DNA from: Eledone cirrhosa
Lineage: Eukaryota
Length of the DNA: 64,000 nt
NCBI GenBank assembly: GCA_964016885.1
Contig: OZ024745.1
Location: forward strand, 60,078,001 to 60,142,000
Direction: 5' to 3'
The position numbers were made by a program, and so were the translations under genes. Position 1 is the first letter of the stretch; every line of letters begins with the position of its first letter. Of the stretch, positions 37,805 through 51,921 are shown one piece after another. The notes beneath the pieces were generated by a model, which was given only the letters and a program-made list of their open reading frames with translations, was not told the DNA's origin and did no database searches.

Positions 37805-40749
37805 GACTTGGAGTGAAAACCTCGACTTGGAGTGAGAACCTCGACTTGGAGTGAGAACCTCGACTTGGAGTGAAAACCTCGACTTGGAGTGAGAACCTCG
37901 ACTTGGAGTGAAAACCTCGACTTGGAGTGAAAACCTCGACTTGGAGTGAGAACCTCGACTTGGAGTGAAAACCTCGACTTGGAGTGAGAACCTCGACTTG
38001 GAGTGAAAACCTCGACTTGGAGTGAAAACCTCGACTTGGAGTGAGAACCTCGACTTGGAGTGAGAACCTCGACTTGGAGTGAAAACCTCGACTTGGAGTG
38101 AGAACCTCGACTTGGAGTGAGAACCTCGACTTGGAGTGAGAACCTCGACTTGGAGTGAAAACCTCGACTTGGAGTGAAAACCTCGACTTGGATTGAGAAC
38201 CTCGACTTGGAGTGAAAACCTCGACTTGGAGTGAGAACCTCGACTTGGAGTGAGAACCTCGACTTGGAGTGAGAACCTCGACTTGAAGTGAGAACCTCGA
38301 CTTGGAGTGAGAACCTCGACTTGGAGTGAGAACCTCGACTTGGAGAGAGAACCTCGACTTGGAGTGAAAACCTCGACTTTGAGTGAAAACCTCGACTTGG
38401 AGTGAGAACCTCGACTTTGAGTGAGAACCTCGACTTGGAGTGAGAACCTCGACTTTGAGTGAGAACCTCGACTTGGAGTGAGAACCTCGACTTGGAGTGA
38501 GAACCTCGACTTGGAGTGAGAACCTCGACTTGGAGTGAGAACCTCGACTTGGAGTGAAAACCTCGACTTGGAGTGAGAACCTCGACTTGGAGTGAAAACC
38601 TCGACTTGGAGTGAGAACCTCGACTTGGAGTGAAAACCTCGACTTGGAGTGAGAACCTCGACTTGGAGTGAAAACCTCGACTTGGAGTGAGAACCTCGAC
38701 TTGGAGTGAAAACCTCTACTTGGAGTGAGAACCTCGACTTGGAGTGAAAACCTCGACTTGGAGTGAGAACCTCGACTTGGAGTGAGAACCTCGACTTTGA
38801 GTGAAAACCTCGACTTGGAGAGAGAACCTCGACTTGGAGAGAGAACCTCGACTTGGAGTGAAAACCTCGACTTTGAGTGAAAACCTCGACTTGGAGTGAA
38901 AACCTCGACTTGGAGTGAGAACCTCGACTTGGAGTGGAAACCTCGACTTGGAGTGGAAACCTCGACTTGGAGTGGAAACCTCGACTTGGAGTGAGAACCT
39001 CGACTTGGAGTGATAACCTCGACTTGGAGTGAGAACCTCGACTTGGAGTGAGAACCTCGACTTGGAGTGAAAACCTCGACTTGGAGTGAAAACCTCGACT
39101 TGGAGTGAAAACCTCGACTTGGAGTGAGAACCTCGACTTGGAGTGAGAACCTCGACTTGGAGTGACAACCTCGACTTGGAGTGGAAACCTCGACTTGGAG
39201 TGAAAACCTCGACTTGGAGTGAAAACCTCGACTTGGAATGAGAACCTCGACTTGGAGTGAGAACCTCGACTTGGAGTGAGAACCTCGACTTGGAGTGAGA
39301 ACCTTGACTTGGAGTGAGAACCTCGACTTGGAGTGAAAACCTCGACTTGGAGTGAAAACCTCGACTTGGAGTGAGAACCTCGACTTGGAGTGAGAACCTC
39401 GACGTGGAGTGAGAACCTCGACTTGGAGTGAGAACCTCGACTTGGAGTGAAAACCTCGACTTGGAGTGAGAACCTCGACTTGGAGTGAAAACCTCGACTT
39501 GGTGTGAGAACCTCGACTTGGAGTGAGAACCTCGACTTGGAGTGAAAACCTCGACTTGGAGTGAAAACCTCGACTTGGAGTGAAAACCTCGACTTGGAGT
39601 GAAAACCTCGACTTGGAGTGAGAACCTCGACTTGCAGTGAAAACCTCGACTTGGAGTGAGAACCTCGACTTGGAGTGAGAACCTCGATTTGCAGTGAAAA
39701 CCTCGACTTGGAGTGAGAACCTCGACTTGCAGTGAAAACCTCGACTTGGAGTGAGAACCTCGACTTGCAGTGAAAACCTCGACTTGGATTGAGAACCTCG
39801 ACTTGCAGTGAAAACCTCGACTTGGAGTGAGAACCTCGACTTGGAGTGAAAACCTCGACTTGCAGTGAAAACCTCGACTTGGAGTGAGAACCTCGACTTG
39901 GAGTGAAAACCTCGACTTGGAGTGAAAACCTCGACTTGGAATGAAAACCTCGACTTGGAGTGAGAACCTCGACTTGGAGTGAGAACCTCGACTTGGAGTG
40001 AGAACCTCGACTTGGAGTGAGAACCTCGACTTGGAGTGAGAACCTCGACTTGGAGTGAGAACCTCGACTTGGAGTGTAAACTGCGACTCTGAGTGAAAAC
40101 CTCGACTTGGAGTGAGAACCTCGACTTGGAGTGAAAACCTCGACTTGGAGTGAGAACCTCGACTTGGAGTGAGAACCTCGACTTGGAGTGAAAACCTCGA
40201 CTTGGAGTGAAAACCTCGACTTGGAGTGAAAACCTCGACTTGGAGTGAGAACCTCGACTTGGAGTGAAAACCTCGACTTGGAGTGAAAACCTCGACTTGG
40301 AGTGAGAACCTCGACTTGGAGTGAGAACCTCGACTTGGAGTGAGAACCTCGACTTGGAGTGAGAACCTCGACTTGGAGTGTAAACTGCGACTCTGAGTGA
40401 AAACCTCGACTTGGAGTGAGAACCTCGACTTGGAGTGAAAACCTCGACTTGGAGTGAGAACCTCGACTTGGAGTCAGAACCTCGACTTGGAGTCAGAACC
40501 TCGACTTGGAGTCAGAACCTCGACTTGGAGTCAGAACCTCGACTTGGAGTCAGAACCTCGACTTCGAGTGAAAACCTCGACTTGGAGTGAAAACCTCGAC
40601 TTGGAGTGAGAACCTCGACTTGGAGTGAGAACCTCGACTTGGAGTGAAAACCTCGACTTGGAGTGAGAACCTCTACTTGGAGTGAAAACCTCGACTTGGA
40701 GTGTAAACTGCGACTTGGAGTGAGAACCTCGACTTGGAGTGAAAACCTC

Positions 40750-41205
40750 GACTTGGAGTGTAAACTGCGACTTGGAGTGTAAACTGCGACTTGGAGTGTA
40801 ATGTACAACTTGGAGCATAATGTACAACTTGGAGCATAATGTACGACTTGGAGCATAATGTACGACTTAGAGTGTAATGTAGGACTTAGAGTGTAATGTA
40901 GGACTTAGAGTGTAATGTAGGACTTAGAGTGTAATGTAGGACTTAGAGTGTAATGTAGGACTAGGAGCATAATGTAGGACTAGGAGCATAATGTACGACT
41001 TGGAGAGTAATGTAGGACTTGGAGTGTAATGTAGGACTTGGAGTGTAAACTGCGAGTTGAAATATAAATTGCGACTTGGATTGTAAACCTTGACTTGCAG
41101 TGTATTGAACAACTTGGGGTGTATACTGCGGCTTGGAGTGTAAACTGCGGCTCCGAATATAAACTACGACTTGCAGTGTCATATATGACTCTGAGTGAAC
41201 ACTTC
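40750..41205. repeat. Cassette 17 (cassette-4 type)
   Basis: Offset 179 monomers; GAGAGTAAT and GAACACTTCAAC variants. Confidence 0.95.
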
Positions 41206-42060
41206 AACTTGGAGTGAAAACCTCGACTTGGAGTGAGAACCTCGACTTGGAGTGAGAACCTCGACTTGGAGTGAAAACCTCGACTTGGAGTGAGAACCTC
41301 GACTTGGAGTGAAAACCTCGACTTGGAGTGAAAACCTCGACTTGGAGTGAGAACCTCGACTTGGAGTGAGAACCTCGACTTGGAGTGAGAACCTCGACTT
41401 GGAGTGAAAACCTCGACTTGGAGTGAGAACCTCGACTTGGAGTGAGAACCTCGACTTGGAGTGAGAACCTCGACTTGGAGTGAAAACCTCGACTTGGAGT
41501 GAGAACCTCGACTTGGAGTGAAAACCTCGACTTGGAGTGAAAACCTCGACTTGGAGTGAAAACCTCGACTTGGAGTGAAAACCTCGACTTGGAGTGAGAA
41601 CCTCGACTTGGAGTGAAAACCTCGACTTGGAGTGAGAACCTCGACTTGGAGTGAGAACCTCGACTTGGAGTGAGAACGTCGACTTGGAGTGAGAACGTCG
41701 ACTTGGAGTGAGAACCTCGACTTGGAGTGAAAACCTCGACTTGGAGTGAAAACCTCGACTTGGAGTGAGAACCTCGACTTGGAGTGAGAACCTCGACTTG
41801 GAGTGAAAACCTCGACTTGGAGTGAGAACCTCGACTTGGAGTGAGAACCTCGACTTGGAGTGAAAACCTCGACTTGGAGTGAAAACTTCGACTTGGAGTG
41901 AGAACCTCGACTTTGAGTGAGAACCTCGACTTGGAGTGAAAACCTCGACTTGGAGTGAGAACCTCTACTTGGAGTGAAAACCTCTACTTGGAGTGAAAAC
42001 CTCGACTTGGAGTGTAAACTGCGACTTGGAGTGAGAACCTCGACTTGGAGTGAAAACCTC

Positions 42061-42516
42061 GACTTGGAGTGTAAACTGCGACTTGGAGTGTAAACTGCGA
42101 CTTGGAGTGTAATGTACAACTTGGAGCATAATGTACAACTTGGAGCATAATGTACGACTTGGAGCATAATGTACGACTTAGAGTGTAATGTAGGACTTAG
42201 AGTGTAATGTAGGACTTAGAGTGTAATGTAGGACTTAGAGTGTAATGTAGGACTTAGAGTGTAATGTAGGACTAGGAGCATAATGTAGGACTAGGAGCAT
42301 AATGTACGACTTGGAGTGTAATGTAGGACTTGGAGTGTAATGTAGGACTTGGAGTGTAAACTGCGAGTTGAAATATAAATTGCGACTTGGATTGTAAAGC
42401 TTGACTTGCAGTGTATTGAACAACTTGGGGTGTATACTGCGGCTTGGAGTGTAAACTGCGGCTCCGAATATAAACTACGACTTGCAGTGTCATATCTGAC
42501 TCTGAGTGAAAACCTC
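42061..42516. repeat. Cassette 18 (cassette-5 type)
   Basis: Offset 69 monomers; AAGCTT at 42397. Confidence 0.95.
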
Positions 42517-43827
42517 GACTTGGAGTGAAAACCTCGACTTGGAGTGAGAACCTCGACTTGGAGTGAGAACCTCGACTTGGAGTGAAAACCTCGACTTGGA
42601 GTGAGAACCTCGACTTGGAGTGAAAACCTCGACTTGGAGTGAAAACCTCGACTTGGAGTGAGAACCTCGACTTGGAGTGAGAACCTCGACTTGGAGTGAG
42701 AACCTCGACTTGGAGTGAAAACCTCGACTTGGAGTGAGAACCTCGACTTGGAGTGAGAACCTCGACTTGGAGTGAGAACCTCGACTTGGAGTGAGAACCT
42801 CGACTTGGAGTGAGAACCTCGACTTGGAGTGAGAACCTCGACTTGGAGTGAAAACCTCGACTTGGAGTGAAAACCTCGACTTGGAGTGAAAACCTCGACT
42901 TGGAGTGAGAACCTCGACTTGGAGTGAAAACCTCGACTTGGAGTGAGAACCTCGACTTGGAGTGAGAACCTCGACTTGGAGTGAGAACCTCGACTTGGAG
43001 TGAGAACCTCGACTTGGAGTGAAAACCTCGACTTGGAGTGAGAACCTCGACTTGGAGTGAGAACCTCGACTTGGAGTGAGAACGTCGACTTGGAGTGAGA
43101 ACGTCGACTTGGAGTGAGAACCTCGACTTGGAGTGAAAACCTCGACTTGGAGTGAAAACCTCGACTTGGAGTGAGAACCTCGACTTGGAGTGAGAACCTC
43201 GACTTGGAGTGAAAACCTCGACTTGGAGTGAGAACCTCGACTTGGAGTGAGAACCTCGACTTGGAGTGAAAACCTCGACTTGGAGTGAGAACCTCGACTT
43301 GGAGTGAGAACCTCGACTTGGAGTGAGAACCTCGACTTGGAGTGAAAACCTCGACTTGGAGTGAAAACTTCGACTTGGAGTGAGAACCTCGACTTGGAGT
43401 GAGAACCTCGACTTGGAGTGAGAACCTCGACTTGGAGTGAAAACCTCGACTTGGTGCGAGAACCTCGACTTGGAGTTAAAACCTCGACTTGGAGTGAGAA
43501 CCTCGACTTGGAGTGAAAACCTCGACTTGGAGTGAGAACCTCGACTTGGAGTGAGAACCTGGACTTGGAGTGGAAACCTCGACTTGGAGTGAAAACCTCG
43601 ACTTGGAGTCAGAACCTCGACTTTGAGTGAAAACCTCGACTTGGGGTGAGAACCTCGACTTGGAGTGAAAACCTCGACTTGGAGTGAGAACCTCGACTTG
43701 GAGTGAAAACCTCGACTTGGAGTGAAAACCTCGACTTGGAGTGAGAACCTCGACTTGGAGTGGAAACCTCGACTTGTAGTGAAAACTGCGACTTGGAGTG
43801 AGAACCTCGACTTGGAGTGAAAACCTC

Positions 43828-44283
43828 GACTTGGAGTGTAAACTGCGACTTGGAGTGTAAACTGCGACTTGGAGTGTAATGTACAACTTGGAGCATAATG
43901 TACAACTTGGAGCATAATGTACGACTTGGAGCATAATGTACGACTTAGAGTGTAATGTAGGACTTAGAGTGTAATGTAGGACTTAGAGTGTAATGTAGGA
44001 CTTAGAGTGTAATGTAGGACTTAGAGTGTAATGTAGGACTAGGAGCATAATGTAGGACTAGGAGCATAATGTACGACTTGGAGTGTAATGTAGGACTTGG
44101 AGTGTAATGTAGGACTTGGAGTGTAAACTGCGAGTTGAAATATAAATTGCGACTTGGATTGTAAAGCTTGACTTGCAGTGTATTGAACAACTTGGGGTGT
44201 ATACTGCGGCTTGGAGTGTAAACTGCGGCTCCGAATATAAACTACGACTTGCAGTGTCATATCTGACTCTGAGTGAAAACCTC
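43828..44283. repeat. Cassette 19 (cassette-5 type)
   Basis: Offset 93 monomers; AAGCTT at 44164. Confidence 0.95.
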
Positions 44284-47200
44284 GACTTGGAGTGAAAACC
44301 TCGACTTGGAGTGAGAACCTCGACTTGGAGTGAGAACCTCGACTTGGAGTGAAAACCTCGACTTGGAGTGAGAACCTCGACTTGGAGTGAAAACCTCGAC
44401 TTGGAGTGAAAACCTCGACTTGGAGTGAGAACCTCGACTTGGAGTGAGAACCTCGACTTGGAGTGAGAACCTCGACTTGGAGTGAAAACCTCGACTTGGA
44501 GTGAGAACCTCGACTTGGAGTGAGAACCTCGACTTGGAGTGAGAACCTCGACTTGGAGTGAGAACCTCGACTTGGAGTGAGAACCTCGACTTGGAGTGAG
44601 AACCTCGACTTGGAGTGAAAACCTCGACTTGGAGTGAAAACCTCGACTTGGAGTGAAAACCTCGACTTGGAGTGAGAACCTCGACTTGGAGTGAAAACCT
44701 CGACTTGGAGTGAGAACCTCGACTTGGAGTGAGAACCTCGACTTGGAGTGAGAACCTCGACTTGGAGTGAGAACCTCGACTTGGAGTGAAAACCTCGACT
44801 TGGAGTGAGAACCTCGACTTGGAGTGAGAACCTCGACTTGGAGTGAGAACGTCGACTTGGAGTGAGAACGTCGACTTGGAGTGAGAACCTCGACTTGGAG
44901 TGAAAACCTCGACTTGGAGTGAAAACCTCGACTTGGAGTGAGAACCTCGACTTGGAGTGAGAACCTCGACTTGGAGTGAAAACCTCGACTTGGAGTGAGA
45001 ACCTCGACTTGGAGTGAGAACCTCGACTTGGAGTGAAAACCTCGACTTGGAGTGAGAACCTCGACTTGGAGTGAGAACCTCGACTTGGAGTGAGAACCTC
45101 GACTTGGAGTGAAAACCTCGACTTGGAGTGAAAACTTCGACTTGGAGTGAGAACCTCGACTTGGAGTGAGAACCTCGACTTGGAGTGAGAACCTCGACTT
45201 GGAGTGAAAACCTCGACTTGGTGCGAGAACCTCGACTTGGAGTTAAAACCTCGACTTGGAGTGAGAACCTCGACTTGGAGTGAAAACCTCGACTTGGAGT
45301 GAGAACCTCGACTTGGAGTGAGAACCTGGACTTGGAGTGGAAACCTCGACTTGGAGTGAAAACCTCGACTTGGAGTCAGAACCTCGACTTTGAGTGAAAA
45401 CCTCGACTTGGGGTGAGAACCTCGACTTGGAGTGAAAACCTCGACTTGGAGTGAGAACCTCGACTTGGAGTGAAAACCTCGACTTGGAGTGAAAACCTCG
45501 ACTTGGAGTGAGAACCTCGACTTGGAGTGGAAACCTCGACTTGTAGTGAAAACCTCGACTTGGAGTGAAAACCTCGACTTGGAGTGAAAACCTCGACTTT
45601 GAGTGAGAACCTCGACTTGGAGTGAGAACCTCGACTTGGAGTGAAAACCTCGACTTGGAGTGAGAACCTCGACTTGGAGTGAGAACCTCGACTTGGAGTG
45701 AGAACCTCGACTTGGAGTGAGAACCTCGACTTGGAGTGAAAACCTCGACTTGGAGTGAGAACCTCGACTTGGAGTGAAAACCTCGACTTGGAGTGAAAAC
45801 CTCGACTTGGAGTGAAAACCTCGACTTGGAGTGAGAACCTCGACTTGGAGTGAGAACCTCGACTTGGAGTGACAACCTCGACTTGGAGTGAAAACCTCGA
45901 CTTGGAGTGAGAACCTCGACTTGGAGTGAGAACCACGACTTGGAGTGAAAACCTCGACTTGGAGTGAGAACCTCGACTTGGAGTGAAAACCTCGACTTGG
46001 AGGGAAAACCTCGACTTGGAGTGAGAACCTCGACTTGGAGTGAGAACCTCGACTTGGAGTGAGAACCTCGACTTGGAGTGAGAACCTCGACTTGGAGTGA
46101 AAACCTCGACTTGGAGTGAAAACCTCGACTTGGAGTGAAAACCTCGACTTGGAGTGAGAACCTCGACTTGGAGTGAGAACCTCGACTTGGAGTGAAAACC
46201 TCGACTTGGAGTGAGAACCTCTACTTGGAGTGAAAACCTCGACTTGAAGTGTAAACTGCGACTTGGAGTGAGAACCTCGACTTGGAGTGAAAACCTCGAC
46301 TTGGAGTGAGAACCTCGACTTGGAGTGAAAACCTCGACTTGGAGTGAGAACCTCGACTTGGAGTGAAAACCTCTACTTGGAGTGAGAACCTCGACTTGGA
46401 GTGAAAACCTCGACTTGGAGTGAGAACCTCGACTTGGAGTGAGAACCTCGACTTTGAGTGAAAACCTCGACTTGGAGAGAGAACCTCGACTTGGAGAGAG
46501 AACCTCGACTTGGAGTGAAAACCTCGACTTTGAGTGAAAACCTCGACTTGGAGTGAAAACCTCGACTTGGAGTGAGAACCTCGACTTGGAGTGGAAACCT
46601 CGACTTGGAGTGGAAACCTCGACTTGGAGTGGAAACCTCGACTTGGAGTGAGAACCTCGACTTGGAGTGATAACCTCGACTTGGAGTGAGAACCTCGACT
46701 TGGAGTGAGAACCTCGACTTGGAGTGAAAACCTCGACTTGGAGTGAAAACCTCGACTTGGAGTGAAAACCTCGACTTGGAGTGAGAACCTCGACTTGGAG
46801 TGAGAACCTCGACTTGGAGTGACAACCTCGACTTGGAGTGGAAACCTCGACTTGGAGTGAAAACCTCGACTTGGAGTGAAAACCTCGACTTGGAATGAGA
46901 ACCTCGACTTGGAGTGAGAACCTCGACTTGGAGTGAGAACCTCGACTTGGAGTGAGAACCTTGACTTGGAGTGAGAACCTCGACTTGGAGTGAAAACCTC
47001 GACTTGGAGTGAAAACCTCGACTTGGAGTGAGAACCTCGACTTGGAGTGAGAACCTCGACGTGGAGTGAGAACCTCGACTTGGAGTGAGAACCTCGACTT
47101 GGAGTGAAAACCTCGACTTGGAGTGAGAACCTCGACTTGGAGTGAAAACCTCGACTTGGTGTGAGAACCTCGACTTGGAGTGAGAACCTCGACTTGGAGT

Positions 47201-48406
47201 GAAAACCTCGACTTGGAGTGAAAACCTCGACTTGGAGTGAAAACCTCGACTTGGAGTGAAAACCTCGACTTGGAGTGAGAACCTCGACTTGCAGTGAAAA
47301 CCTCGACTTGGAGTGAGAACCTCGACTTGGAGTGAGAACCTCGATTTGCAGTGAAAACCTCGACTTGGAGTGAGAACCTCGACTTGCAGTGAAAACCTCG
47401 ACTTGGAGTGAGAACCTCGACTTGCAGTGAAAACCTCGACTTGGATTGAGAACCTCGACTTGCAGTGAAAACCTCGACTTGGAGTGAGAACCTCGACTTG
47501 GAGTGAAAACCTCGACTTGCAGTGAAAACCTCGACTTGGAGTGAGAACCTCGACTTGGAGTGAAAACCTCGACTTGGAGTGAAAACCTCGACTTGGAATG
47601 AAAACCTCGACTTGGAGTGAGAACCTCGACTTGGAGTGAGAACCTCGACTTGGAGTGAGAACCTCGACTTGGAGTGAGAACCTCGACTTGGAGTGAGAAC
47701 CTCGACTTGGAGTGAGAACCTCGACTTGGAGTGTAAACTGCGACTCTGAGTGAAAACCTCGACTTGGAGTGAGAACCTCGACTTGGAGTGAAAACCTCGA
47801 CTTGGAGTGAGAACCTCGACTTGGAGTGAGAACCTCGACTTGGAGTGAAAACCTCGACTTGGAGTGAAAACCTCGACTTGGAGTGAAAACCTCGACTTGG
47901 AGTGAGAACCTCGACTTGGAGTGAAAACCTCGACTTGGAGTGAAAACCTCGACTTGGAGTGAGAACCTCGACTTGGAGTGAGAACCTCGACTTGGAGTGA
48001 GAACCTCGACTTGGAGTGAGAACCTCGACTTGGAGTGTAAACTGCGACTCTGAGTGAAAACCTCGACTTGGAGTGAGAACCTCGACTTGGAGTGAAAACC
48101 TCGACTTGGAGTGAGAACCTCGACTTGGAGTCAGAACCTCGACTTGGAGTCAGAACCTCGACTTGGAGTCAGAACCTCGACTTGGAGTCAGAACCTCGAC
48201 TTGGAGTCAGAACCTCGACTTCGAGTGAAAACCTCGACTTGGAGTGAAAACCTCGACTTGGAGTGAGAACCTCGACTTGGAGTGAGAACCTCGACTTGGA
48301 GTGAAAACCTCGACTTGGAGTGAGAACCTCTACTTGGAGTGAAAACCTCGACTTGGAGTGTAAACTGCGACTTGGAGTGAGAACCTCGACTTGGAGTGAA
48401 AACCTC

Positions 48407-48843
48407 GACTTGGAGTGTAAACTGCGACTTGGAGTGTAAACTGCGACTTGGAGTGTAATGTACAACTTGGAGCATAATGTACAACTTGGAGCATAATGTA
48501 CGACTTGGAGCATAATGTACGACTTAGAGTGTAATGTAGGACTTAGAGTGTAATGTAGGACTTAGAGTGTAATGTAGGACTTAGAGTGTAATGTAGGACT
48601 TAGAGTGTAATGTAGGACTAGGAGCATAATGTAGGACTAGGAGCATAATGTACGACTTGGAGAGTAATGTAGGACTTGGAGTGTAAACTGCGAGTTGAAA
48701 TATAAATTGCGACTTGGATTGTAAACCTTGACTTGCAGTGTATTGAACAACTTGGGGTGTATACTGCGGCTTGGAGTGTAAACTGCGGCTCCGAATATAA
48801 ACTACGACTTGCAGTGTCATATATGACTCTGAGTGAACACTTC
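48407..48843. repeat. Cassette 20 (cassette-4 type, 23 monomers)
   Basis: Offset 240 monomers; lacks one GACTTGGAGTGTAATGTAG monomer. Confidence 0.93.
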
Positions 48844-49698
48844 AACTTGGAGTGAAAACCTCGACTTGGAGTGAGAACCTCGACTTGGAGTGAGAACCTC
48901 GACTTGGAGTGAAAACCTCGACTTGGAGTGAGAACCTCGACTTGGAGTGAAAACCTCGACTTGGAGTGAAAACCTCGACTTGGAGTGAGAACCTCGACTT
49001 GGAGTGAGAACCTCGACTTGGAGTGAGAACCTCGACTTGGAGTGAAAACCTCGACTTGGAGTGAGAACCTCGACTTGGAGTGAGAACCTCGACTTGGAGT
49101 GAGAACCTCGACTTGGAGTGAAAACCTCGACTTGGAGTGAGAACCTCGACTTGGAGTGAAAACCTCGACTTGGAGTGAAAACCTCGACTTGGAGTGAAAA
49201 CCTCGACTTGGAGTGAAAACCTCGACTTGGAGTGAGAACCTCGACTTGGAGTGAAAACCTCGACTTGGAGTGAGAACCTCGACTTGGAGTGAGAACCTCG
49301 ACTTGGAGTGAGAACGTCGACTTGGAGTGAGAACGTCGACTTGGAGTGAGAACCTCGACTTGGAGTGAAAACCTCGACTTGGAGTGAAAACCTCGACTTG
49401 GAGTGAGAACCTCGACTTGGAGTGAGAACCTCGACTTGGAGTGAAAACCTCGACTTGGAGTGAGAACCTCGACTTGGAGTGAGAACCTCGACTTGGAGTG
49501 AAAACCTCGACTTGGAGTGAAAACTTCGACTTGGAGTGAGAACCTCGACTTTGAGTGAGAACCTCGACTTGGAGTGAAAACCTCGACTTGGAGTGAGAAC
49601 CTCTACTTGGAGTGAAAACCTCTACTTGGAGTGAAAACCTCGACTTGGAGTGTAAACTGCGACTTGGAGTGAGAACCTCGACTTGGAGTGAAAACCTC

Positions 49699-50154
49699 GA
49701 CTTGGAGTGTAAACTGCGACTTGGAGTGTAAACTGCGACTTGGAGTGTAATGTACAACTTGGAGCATAATGTACAACTTGGAGCATAATGTACGACTTGG
49801 AGCATAATGTACGACTTAGAGTGTAATGTAGGACTTAGAGTGTAATGTAGGACTTAGAGTGTAATGTAGGACTTAGAGTGTAATGTAGGACTTAGAGTGT
49901 AATGTAGGACTAGGAGCATAATGTAGGACTAGGAGCATAATGTACGACTTGGAGTGTAATGTAGGACTTGGAGTGTAATGTAGGACTTGGAGTGTAAACT
50001 GCGAGTTGAAATATAAATTGCGACTTGGATTGTAAAGCTTGACTTGCAGTGTATTGAACAACTTGGGGTGTATACTGCGGCTTGGAGTGTAAACTGCGGC
50101 TCCGAATATAAACTACGACTTGCAGTGTCATATCTGACTCTGAGTGAAAACCTC
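49699..50154. repeat. Cassette 21 (cassette-5 type)
   Basis: Offset 69 monomers; AAGCTT at 50035. Confidence 0.95.
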
Positions 50155-51465
50155 GACTTGGAGTGAAAACCTCGACTTGGAGTGAGAACCTCGACTTGGA
50201 GTGAGAACCTCGACTTGGAGTGAAAACCTCGACTTGGAGTGAGAACCTCGACTTGGAGTGAAAACCTCGACTTGGAGTGAAAACCTCGACTTGGAGTGAG
50301 AACCTCGACTTGGAGTGAGAACCTCGACTTGGAGTGAGAACCTCGACTTGGAGTGAAAACCTCGACTTGGAGTGAGAACCTCGACTTGGAGTGAGAACCT
50401 CGACTTGGAGTGAGAACCTCGACTTGGAGTGAGAACCTCGACTTGGAGTGAGAACCTCGACTTGGAGTGAGAACCTCGACTTGGAGTGAAAACCTCGACT
50501 TGGAGTGAAAACCTCGACTTGGAGTGAAAACCTCGACTTGGAGTGAGAACCTCGACTTGGAGTGAAAACCTCGACTTGGAGTGAGAACCTCGACTTGGAG
50601 TGAGAACCTCGACTTGGAGTGAGAACCTCGACTTGGAGTGAGAACCTCGACTTGGAGTGAAAACCTCGACTTGGAGTGAGAACCTCGACTTGGAGTGAGA
50701 ACCTCGACTTGGAGTGAGAACGTCGACTTGGAGTGAGAACGTCGACTTGGAGTGAGAACCTCGACTTGGAGTGAAAACCTCGACTTGGAGTGAAAACCTC
50801 GACTTGGAGTGAGAACCTCGACTTGGAGTGAGAACCTCGACTTGGAGTGAAAACCTCGACTTGGAGTGAGAACCTCGACTTGGAGTGAGAACCTCGACTT
50901 GGAGTGAAAACCTCGACTTGGAGTGAGAACCTCGACTTGGAGTGAGAACCTCGACTTGGAGTGAGAACCTCGACTTGGAGTGAAAACCTCGACTTGGAGT
51001 GAAAACTTCGACTTGGAGTGAGAACCTCGACTTGGAGTGAGAACCTCGACTTGGAGTGAGAACCTCGACTTGGAGTGAAAACCTCGACTTGGTGCGAGAA
51101 CCTCGACTTGGAGTTAAAACCTCGACTTGGAGTGAGAACCTCGACTTGGAGTGAAAACCTCGACTTGGAGTGAGAACCTCGACTTGGAGTGAGAACCTGG
51201 ACTTGGAGTGGAAACCTCGACTTGGAGTGAAAACCTCGACTTGGAGTCAGAACCTCGACTTTGAGTGAAAACCTCGACTTGGGGTGAGAACCTCGACTTG
51301 GAGTGAAAACCTCGACTTGGAGTGAGAACCTCGACTTGGAGTGAAAACCTCGACTTGGAGTGAAAACCTCGACTTGGAGTGAGAACCTCGACTTGGAGTG
51401 GAAACCTCGACTTGTAGTGAAAACTGCGACTTGGAGTGAGAACCTCGACTTGGAGTGAAAACCTC

Positions 51466-51921
51466 GACTTGGAGTGTAAACTGCGACTTGGAGTGTAAAC
51501 TGCGACTTGGAGTGTAATGTACAACTTGGAGCATAATGTACAACTTGGAGCATAATGTACGACTTGGAGCATAATGTACGACTTAGAGTGTAATGTAGGA
51601 CTTAGAGTGTAATGTAGGACTTAGAGTGTAATGTAGGACTTAGAGTGTAATGTAGGACTTAGAGTGTAATGTAGGACTAGGAGCATAATGTAGGACTAGG
51701 AGCATAATGTACGACTTGGAGTGTAATGTAGGACTTGGAGTGTAATGTAGGACTTGGAGTGTAAACTGCGAGTTGAAATATAAATTGCGACTTGGATTGT
51801 AAAGCTTGACTTGCAGTGTATTGAACAACTTGGGGTGTATACTGCGGCTTGGAGTGTAAACTGCGGCTCCGAATATAAACTACGACTTGCAGTGTCATAT
51901 CTGACTCTGAGTGAAAACCTC
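51466..51921. repeat. Cassette 22 (cassette-5 type)
   Basis: Offset 93 monomers; AAGCTT at 51802. Confidence 0.95.

Larger units (their letters stand above)
42004..45556. repeat. 1,767-bp (93-monomer) tandem duplication, copied again at +7638
   Basis: Rare variants recur at +1767 (43476 to 45243; 43609 to 45376); chimeric junction monomer at 43771. Confidence 0.88.
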
